Assembly (NCBI RefSeq): GCF_009914755.1
Contig: NC_060932.1
Strand: one strand, 5' to 3'
Origin: the human T2T-CHM13v2.0 reference genome, Homo sapiens
DNA: 64,000 nt
Of this stretch, positions 53,320 to 64,000 are shown in pieces. The position numbers were made by a program, and so were the translations under genes. The notes under the pieces are model-generated. The model made no database searches, was not told the DNA's origin, and saw only the letters and a program-made list of their open reading frames with translations. How positions within the stretch are numbered: position 1 is the first letter of the stretch; the number at the start of each line of letters is the position of its first letter.

Positions 53320-53800
53320 TAATATATTTTAAAGTTGTGAAGCAATCTAGAACTTACAAAAAACCTGCAAGTACAGTACAAATAATGTTCTTTGGCTTAT
53401 CTTGATGCTTCATCACTTCAAATCAATTAATGTAATTTCTTACAAAGACTTTCTTCTACATACCCACAATCCAATCATTAAAATCAGGAAATTAACACTG
53501 ACACATTGCACATTTAATTGACCCCTGTAATCTGCAGACCCTATGTAACTTTTGCCAATCTTGTCAAAAATGTCAAACTTATTAAATGGAATGGTGATTG
53601 TGAGGGGATGAGAAAAGTGAGAAACGGGCAGGTGTTCAATGGGTATAAAGTTAGAGGTAGACAAGATGAATAAATTCTAGAGATCTGCTGTGCATCATAG
53701 TGCCTATAGTTAACAATATGCTACTGTGAACATAAAATATTGTTAGCAGGGTAGATTTCATGTTAAGTGGCTTTATCTTGTCAATCAATCAATCAGTCAA
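53320..53800. mobile_element. L1MC (minus) and L1MA/MB (plus) fragments
   Basis: 'aaaatcaggaaattaacactgacac'; 'gatgaataaattctagagatctgctgtgcatcatagtgcctatagttaacaata'. Confidence 0.7.
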
Positions 53801-54068
53801 TCAAAGGCTCACTAGGATTCTGACCAATTTGCGTAATTCACATTTGAGGAAAATCAATAAGACCAACCATGTCACTCCCAGCTTTCCACCATCATTGACC
53901 AAGATTTCTTTCAATAGTTATTTCTTTGGCTAAGACTATAAATACCAATTTGAAATGAAAATATCTTGTTAATGAAACCACCTGATGGCCAGTCCTAAGT
54001 GTCAAGGCAGCAAGCAGGATGCAAAGGCAAAGACCCAGTGAAGAACAATTTTAGAAAATGAAAATGGA

Positions 54069-54436
<368 letters not shown>

Positions 54437-56494
54437 TCAAGGTGTTGAGTGAGTACAGATCCACATTCCTGGGTGTTTTCAGTCTGTACGTGGACAGTAG
54501 CCTACTTGCCATATGTAGTCATGGCTAATCCAGCACTAAAAATGACTATTGACGCATTGTGTGTGTTTCTTTCCTCCTTTAGGTAGGTTTATTTCTTCCT
54601 TTCCAGATGGGTTTGTAAGTGGAAGTAGGTTAAATTTAGAACCCTGCTCTCATCATCCCACTTCCACTCAACCCTTTTCTGTCGCCCTGTCTTGCCCTCC
54701 TTCTTTCATTGTGCTGTCTATTCATTCAAACCCTTTCCGTGCGATCTATGGGGATTCTGAATCACAAAATATAGGAAATACAATGATAATTCTCTTCTAT
54801 TGTAATACTCCTACATAAAGCCATCTCTGTGCGTGGAGAAATTCATTTCTCGTCCACCAGTAATACTCGTCAGTAAAAGAATGCTGGAGAAATACCCTAT
54901 TCTGTACCCCAGGCACTGTCACAGATACTGCCCCTCCACAGCCCCTCTCCTGAGCACCACCAAAACCGCAGTATGCAGTCCAGTGCCTGCTACTTCGTAG
55001 ATTCCAAAAAATATACTTGGTGAATGGATAGTCTGCTGATTGCACACTTCAGTAATATTTATAACCAGTCTTTGAGTCATGATTACTGTCATTCTTTATA
55101 GATTTGAGATCAGAAACTCAACAAAGTATAGTAACAAAGACACCAAATTGGAACTCCTGTCTTAGGACTCCAAGTCCAGCACTGTCTCCATTACCCCTTG
55201 GTTGCCGCTCTATTGTAGGAAAGTCCTAGTATTTTTTTTAACTCAGTTTAAATAGAGCAAAATGTTTCTATTTTCAAATTTTCCTTCAAATTGGACACTT
55301 TAACTTGACAATAGAATGGTTCAAGCTCCCTCTCTCTGAGGGAGGGATCTATAATTTCTCATCAAGGACCTCAGAGATAGATGCCCAGGATGTACCATAA
55401 AAATGCACAGGGTGATGGGCAGTATGGATTATTGCCCTATGTTGCATCTATGAATGTGAGATTGAAATGTTTGACCTATTAGATTTTCTTCACATTGATG
55501 AAATTTTGGATGGCAGCTTCACTTAGAAACTAAATTAACCAAAAACCTCCATCCCGTTCAGGAATAATTTGAACTCTGGATGGACGAGTTGCTTTTCTGC
55601 CTAGTCAGACCCCTTTGCCATCAATAAGTGATGGGGGAAGAATCTGCAGCCTCAGCAGTTTTGGAGTCCACGTAAACTAAGCACCAAAGTCTTGTTTTGT
55701 TCCTGTGGCAGGGAAAAAATCAGTCATTAATTCGTTACTTTATTTACTAACTTCTTTATTGAACCATCTAATAAATATTAGTGTGATAGAACTCACAGTT
55801 TAGAAATGCAGGCACTTACTGCTTCCCAAAATCAACACACATTTCTCAAGAAAGTAGATAGAATGTGGCCTCTAAAAGACTATGTTTAAGGAAGTTTCCA
55901 CTTCCAAAGAAAACACAATCCAAACTTTCTTTAAATTTGATTATATGGGTGCCATACTCAAAGCTCCAACCTTCTCTCGGTCAAATGTATAGGCATCAAA
56001 AGCAAAGTAGAAGCTCCTTAAAAAGTGCCTGCTCATAGGTTTTCCAGCATATGGGGAGATAACTCCACGGCTAAATGTGACTGGGTCACACACCTGAATA
56101 GGTACTTCTGTTCCTGCCCCATTGGGAAGCTTCAAGGCTAACCCTACTTTCTGCTTGGGAGGTACCCCCATACTCAAGACAAAGAGGAAAACAATGTGGA
56201 GTCCACAGGAAAAGACACATGATTGGATTAATTTGGAATGATATATACTGGGAATTACTCACTTTAATTTTATTTATTATCAAACTATTACATGCTGTAA
56301 TGAACATGCCAGTTAGAGCTAAAGGCTTATAACCCAACAGTTTCAAGACACAGTGCTTTTTCTCTATTTCCACTTCCATCTTGCTCCCAGAGGCAAACTT
56401 CTCTACTTTTAGTTTTATTTTGCTTATACTATATTTTTATTTTTATTTCTGCTTCAGTTTATCTCCTACCTCCCACTTTTAGGATCTTAGTTCA

Positions 56495-56828
<334 letters not shown>

Positions 56829-59744
56829 TCAATGGCCTTATCTACTGTATGCTAATTTCAATATTCTGACTATAAAAATGCCCACTGCTGAGTCAGTGTA
56901 CAGTTAATAAATTACTCTTGTTCAATTTTGCATTATCCTTGAGAATAATAACTTACTTTTTTGGTTGTATATTTATTTGATATCTGTGTCTTTCTATATC
57001 CTTTAAAAATCTTTAAAGTATCTCTCCAATACATTTTCTACACAGTCTAAACTGTCAAATTAAGTTACATTTTTACCTCCAAAGAAACATTTCTAAACCC
57101 ATGTAAACTATCTAGATGATTGGTCTTGGGATCTGCTTTCCAGTTATGATCTAGGAATTTTTTTCCATATCATGCTGGGACTTAATTTCTTTTGCATCTG
57201 TACTGTTGCCTTTCAGTGCCTGTATCTCCATCCCACTGCCACATTCCTTTTTGTTTGTTTATACCATATTTTAAAATCTGCATACTTGATCATATGTTTG
57301 GCTTTCAAATTCTAAATTGAGTATATAGTTAGAAGTTTGTCTATGGAAAATGATTAACTAATATGACTGAGAAGAAAGGACAAAAGAGGCAGGAGAAAAT
57401 ATTGAAAGTATCATAGACTAATGAAAATAGTGTTTCACAGCAAAAATGGTGATTATTGCTACCTAGAATTCAATTAAAAGGAGAATTTCAAATTTCTACT
57501 AGATTTTGCAAAAACAGATGTCATTGGTACGTCTTAAAAGGAATATTTAACAGAGAGCTAGGATAAAATCTGACTGGGAATGTTCAAGGGGGAAGTGTGC
57601 TGTGGTGAGTGGAAATGGGAGTGGAGGATACTCTCTTTGGGAATCTTTGCATAGATGGAGTCGGAGAAAAGAAATAAAAATAGCTAACATGGGGCCAGTA
57701 GTTAGAATATATTACAGGCTTGCACATTTGCATGCTGAACTAATAAAGAAGGACAAGAAGAAGAAAAAGAATGATTCAAAAGCGAAGCGATAACTTCAGA
57801 AGCCATGCCATTGATCAGATAAGAGGAGATAAAAACCACAGAATAAACAGAGGGTTATCCATAGGTAGAAACAAGACTACATTTTCAGTTTTAAGGTGAG
57901 GGCAGTAGAGGTAGATGTGATTTCATATAGGTAGAGGCGAGAGCAAAAACTACTTTAAATAATATTATCTGACAGTGGGAATTACAAGGAACGGTTTTAA
58001 AGCCATCTTAGAAGGAAAGGTCACTTCTCAATCATGATATACTCAGAAAACAGAGGCAGATTCTTTCTAAACCTATTACATATCTTTTATAAAGATGTGT
58101 ACTAGATGGTGTACTTTTATAAAGATGTGTAATAGCAGAAAAGCTCCTCTTAGCAGAAAGCTAGGAGGCCACTCCTTAAAAGCGTATAACACACAGCAGT
58201 TTCAAAAATTATATAAGTTGGGAGCTCAATCACGTAACCAAGAAGAAAAACTTGTGAATCCATCTTCAAATATCTATTAAACACCTACTCTCTCTATGTC
58301 CTAATAAATCCTTTCTGAAGTTTATAAAATACAAAAATAAAGTGTTTGCTGGTTTTTTGCTAGGATTGAAGAAAAAGCCTTCCAAAGTAAGCAATGTGAG
58401 AATAGCATTTGGGTAATGAGAAGACCACTCAAATAACAGAGGAAAAATCATTCCTGAAACCAGCAAACTGAAAGGCCGTGAGATGAAAATGAGTTTGGAG
58501 AATCATAAACTGAAGTCAGGACAGGAAATCAGTTCCTCTTGCATTTTATTTCCAGGTTATTTCATTGGGCCAGGTTCCTGCTGTACTTAACTCCACAGAG
58601 GCATTCTTCACATAATCAGAAAGTCCAAGGGGTGTGATATGGTTTCCAAACGTTTAAACAACCATGGCCTGCATTAATAATAGTGTAACTTCCAGACCAA
58701 GCACTAGAGCTCCAATGTTATTTTTTATCCTTTGCAAGTCCCATTTATATCATCATCTTATGGCATTAACTAAGAACCCCATGCACAAGGAACAAATTTC
58801 CCCTTTCCCCGAGAGGATAATATATGTAGAAAATGACCATGTCACACTTCTCCACACAGCTCTGCTGGACCTCAGCTAGATCCACACTTCTATAAAATTA
58901 ATAGTCCTTTTTACATTTTCATGATTAGTATTGACCTATCTCTTTATTATTAACCTTTTTTTAAAAAAATATATTCATCTTTATTAATTTTATTCTGCAT
59001 GCCCAGAGAAGGTATTTTGGATCACAGATGGGTTTCTTACTAAGTACCTTGCAAGAAATAATAAGCACACCATCACCCCTTGCCACCTGGGTCAAGGAGA
59101 TGAGAAGAAAATGGTGACACCTTCTACAAGCCTGTCTGGACATTCCAAAGGCAGACATGAAGAATAGGTTCTCTCTCTCCTTATATGCAGGAGAGTGACA
59201 GCTGACCTCCTGCCTTTCAGCAAGGAAAGCAACAAACTTTTGCTCAACTGAGACATAATAGAAGGGATCCCAGGTTATCACCCTAATGTTTTGGAAGGTA
59301 AATCTGTCTCCAACAAGGACCAAGTAAACCCAGGGTTCAGTCTTTTAAATCCTAAAGATGTCTTCTTCGGTCTGCCCTTCACAATGTTTTGAAATGCAAG
59401 CAGCTGGAGAGATGGCAGTCTTGTCTTTCTGGGTCTGCAGGGCTTAATTTAGGGGCCTAGTTGGAACTGTAATTTTTTAGCCCTCTGGGATCAGATCAGT
59501 TAACTAGGAAAATGACTACAGAGCTTATTCTCATGGGATATGAGGAGTGAAATGCATCAAGGGGAAGTGAAAGCAACATTTTCTATCTTTAACCATAGTC
59601 ATTTCCATATCTCAGGAGGTTAGGGCTTTTTATAGGAGTACTGAGATATCCAAAGGAGTTTATTTTCGAAGAGGCAACTCAATACCTTCCAAGGCAGTTA
59701 GTTTCATGTTTGAAATGCTCTTATGGAAAAATAATGGGAATAGC

Positions 59745-59950
59745 AGTCATTATAATCAGCATTAGTAATCACTTACTTATGGGAAAGAAATTATACTAAG
59801 TTTCATATAGATTTGATTCTCACCACAACCCTATGAGATTGAGACTCCTATTATACAATTTTAGAGAAATATAAACTGTGGTGAAAACTGATTATAAAAC
59901 TTTCCTGAATATTCACAGCTAGTGTATACTTGTACCCTCTTTACACTGAA
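59745..59950 (-). mobile_element. MIR SINE
   Basis: 'gattctcaccacaaccctatgag...attttagagaaatataaactgtgg'. Confidence 0.65.
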
Positions 59951-62844
59951 GAAATGAAGCTATTCCAAATGGCAACATTCTGTACTCTCTACTAAACTGG
60001 TTGTAACACACACCTTCATCCTGCACTGATAACTTTCTTACCATAACTTTCTCTCATCCCCATTTCTAGGACCTCAGTTCTTTAAGACATTTATTCTGTC
60101 AAGATTCCCAGATCCTCGATAAACCTTATCACTGTCCTCTAGATGCACTCTTGTTTTTCAAAGTCCTTTTTAAAATGAAGAGCTCTGAATTGGATCCAAG
60201 TGCTTTTGTGTTAAGATAAGGAGCTGAATTTTCTTCTTAAAGGTGATTGAGAGGCATTGTAGGGGAGTACAATAAAGCAGATTTGCATTGTTTAAGGTCA
60301 CATTCACAAGACAATGGAGAATGACCAAGAAGGCATCCAACTAGTGGAAGAAAGGCATGAGTTTGATGGCCATTGAGTCAATGTGGTTTAGAGACGAACT
60401 TAAAAGAACGTCTTAGCAATGGGAATCTCCTCTTGTATTAAATGAGTTCTGACTTACTTATTCTAATTACTGTAGAACAGTTTTCACCTTTCAATAAATA
60501 AAATTAAATTATTGGTACTGTTGATGTCTGGATTTTTCACTGCATTTCAGCAAAGAGGTTTATAATCTCAAACCACAAGAGGGGTTTGTTGAAGGAAATT
60601 CCCCAAGACTGTGGGTGATGCCATTTGGGTCTAGAATTTCTAGTATTTTTAAATAACATTCCCTCAACTTATTATTTTTCAGCCCAGATGGTTACCATAT
60701 TTTATCTGGAAGGGGGAAAAATCTGAAGGCTATAAAAATATTACATTGGGAGAAAAGGGTTTTTCTGGTCTATATAAATTTTGGTCATATTCTTTTTTGA
60801 GATATGTTTTGGATACCACATTCTCAACACTGTAGATGTTTCCCAAGCACCTCAATATCCGAGAATATAAAAAAGGGATTCTCATGTTATTTCCTAATGA
60901 ACATTCATACATACACATTCATGTAGACACATAACATGGAGTAATTTGTATATATAAATTACATGTAAGGAGTCGATGTCTGCTCAGTCTTGCTTCTACA
61001 TATAAAGACACCAATATATGCCTGTAACATATTGTGGCCTTTATGGAGAATTGGGGGACATCAACCAGGCCTTTCATGTCATCTCCAAAGGAGGAGAGAA
61101 TTTTAATAGTTACAAGGCAGAGACAAGCCTGGCCACACAGCTTTCAGGTTGAAGAATAAAGCTTAAAGGTTCTTGTTCCATCCAGTTTTGAAAGAATAAT
61201 CTTTTTGATTTATTAAAATGTTTTATTTCTTTTTAGTTTGGAATCACTGTCTTTTGAAACTGTAAGACTAATGCAATAAGATATTCTTAAGCTAGCCATC
61301 ACTTTTCAGGAAATTCTGTATACCAAGGTGGAGCGAAGATAGAGTAAGGATGGAGCCAGGTTGGGGCAACTTAAAAGTTTTTTCCACTGTAGGTAGAAGG
61401 AGGGCTTCTGCCTCCTATATGGTCCAGCCCCAGCAAAATAGACTATACTTCATGCAATGTCTTTCTTATGTGATAAACGGCATGTTTTGCCTAGCGTGTC
61501 CCTCAGGAAGTTTCAGTCACTTGGGATTTGAGGATTTGCCCATCTTCACTTTTCTCCCTTTGCCTATTTTTTTTCTCACACTTCTTATCGATCAACCAAC
61601 CTCTTCCCCTGCCTTAGACACAATGCACATACCTCTGATAGGACTCAGGTAATATAGAAGAGCCATTGCCTATAGAATCTGGAACCATGACATTGGTTTA
61701 AATTCTCCTTAGTGAAGCAACTAAATCAGGACAACATATTGGACAGTTAGGGCACACATTTGCAAGACCTTTCACAAACTTAAAATATGTGGGAGAAATA
61801 GCTAAATCACAGACTAGTAAAATGTTATTATCCTTTTTTTTCTAAAGAAAACACCCCTAGACATTTTCTGTAATACCCACAAACTTAATTACAAAAATGC
61901 CTATAAAAGTAGAATTACATTTTGCAGGACTTGACAGGTCTTGAATGAGATACTTAATAATCAAGAAAAAATGAAGTTGTATAAGTAGACTGTCAAGGAA
62001 AGCAAGCAATGTAATTCTGACATTCTGGAGAGTTTAAAAGAACAAAAGTTTATAATACAATTGTTTCTTGTTAAGATGTTTGCTTAAAAAAAATACTATG
62101 TGATTGCTAAAAAAATAAAATAAAGTACATTTGAAGAAAAAATGGTTTGGAAATCCAACTCTGATGAGTATTAGGCTATGACATTGGATAATTCCTCTAA
62201 ATATACTGATTTCCTTTTAGTAGAATATAGATAATTTTTACTTATATCAGTTACAGCAATGAAACATAATATTCATATATACGCATATAAATTATGTGAA
62301 AATATCAACCTGTTATAAATGATTATTAAACGTAAGTGAATTTAAAAGACCAAATTCCCATGTCTCTTTAATGTTAATACAATGATGTTATTTTCTATTT
62401 GACAGTAAGCCTCAATAACCTTTAAAGGCAGCTTTGACCATGGTAAAATAACTCCATTATTACCTACAAAATATGTTTGACATGTTGTGAAGTCACTCAT
62501 AACTTATGACACTCATGTGACTCTATGAAATAAAAGAGGAAGCTTTCATTGTGATTTTGTTGAGGAGCAAAACAAATTTGGACCACGTTTTCATTTTGAT
62601 ATAAGTTTAAATTAATATATAATTTCCCACTTGAGAAATACTGTTATAAACTTATAGAAGGGATTGTGGGTAATATGAACATTATTGGAATACAAATGTT
62701 GGTATATTGCTTACTTTCCCTGCCTCATTTCTTTCCCCAGGCCTCAGTAAGAATGTAGCTATTTGGTATTCATAAGAAATTCATAGGGAAATAAGTTTTG
62801 AACCATTTAAAAAGATTCTATAAGAAACTACCTTTAAAGGTACT

Positions 62845-64000
62845 ATTTTATTTTTTAAATTGATAGGTGAAATTGTATGTATTTATCGTGTACAACATGA
62901 AGTTTTGAAGTATATACACATTATACAATTAATAAATCTAGCAAATTAACATGTCTATTACCTCACATAGTTAACATTTTGTGATGAGAATTGTTACCAT
63001 TCACTTCTTAGCATTTTTCAAGATTGCAATATATGGTTATTAACTATAGTCACCATGATATATAATAGACTTCTTGAACTTATTTCTCCTATTTAACTGA
63101 TATTTTGTATCCTTTGACCAACATCTCTTTCAAGTACCCCAGCTCCTAGTAACCACTATTCTGCTTTCTGTTCAAGGAGATTAACGTTTTTACTTTTTTA
63201 GATTACATCTATGAATGACATCATGCAGTGTTTTGTCTTTCTGAGCCTAGCTTTTTTCACTTAACGTCCTCCAGATTCATCCAGGTTGTGGGATATTAAA
63301 AGATTTTCTTTCTTTCTATGGCTGAATAGTATTGCATTGTGTATACATACCACATTGTCTTTTCTTTGTCCATTTATCTGTTGAGAGACACTTAGGTTGT
63401 TTCTATCTCTTGACTATTGTGAATAATGCTGAAATACACAAGCGAATGCAGATATCGCTTTGATATACTGATTTTATTTCTTTTGAGTATCATCTAGTAG
63501 TGGAATTGCTGGATCATATGATAGTTCTGTTTTATTTTTGAGGAGCTCTCATGCTGTTTCTCATAATGTCTGTACTAATTTATATTCCCACCAACAACAA
63601 TGGGCAAGGGTTCCCTTTTTTACACATCCTCGACAACACTTGCTATATTTTGTCTATTTGATAATAACCATTTTAACATGTGTGAGGTGAAATCTCACTT
63701 TGGTTTTAATTTGCATTTTCTGATGATTAGTGATGTTGAGCACTTTTTCATATACCTGTTGGCCATTTGTATGTTATTTTTAAGGAAATGTTTATGCAAG
63801 TCCTTTGCCAGTTTTTCAATCTGTTTGTTTTCTTGCTTTTCAGTTGCTTGAGTTTCTTATATATTTTGGATATTAATCTCTGATCAGATGTATAATTTGC
63901 AAATATTTTCTCTCAGTCTGTAGGTTGTCTCTTCACTTTGTTGACTATTTTCTTTACTGTGCAAAAGCTTTTAGTTTGATAAAATCTCATTTGTCTATTT
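62845..64000 (-). mobile_element. L1MA 3' portion running off the window
   Basis: 'tagtagtggaattgctggatcatatg', 'tgatgattagtgatgttgagcactttttcatatacctgttggccatttgtatg'. Confidence 0.9.

Noticed and set aside
62382-62470. C/D snoRNA-like ATGATG box
   Set aside because: No suitably placed CTGA D box or terminal stem

Overview
Primate (human-like) non-coding, AT-rich genomic DNA. I see no credible protein-coding gene: the ORF track is explained by Alu, L1, LTR and microsatellite translations, and the only family-level ORF is the known THE1 internal ORF. The window is dominated by interspersed repeats: about 12 Alus, three short L1PA 3' ends (two with twin-priming 5' inversions), older L1M/L2/MIR/CR1 fragments, MaLR/ERVL/ERV1 solo LTRs (several with intact TSDs), a near-complete THE1C provirus, and the DNA transposons MER58A and Tigger3a. 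The features most worth follow-up are: a ~150-bp near-perfect TA-rich palindrome next to a probable 3'UTR retrocopy with an internal hairpin; a 160-bp local duplication flanking a compound microsatellite whose units reuse the duplicon's first 11 bp; three L1PA insertions with breakpoints in one 21-nt window; a head-to-head LTR8A pair; a CTCF-like site in a CpG-retaining patch; and several splice-signal candidates. I found no evidence of a new multi-gene system. Subfamily names come from remembered consensus sequences, not from a database search.
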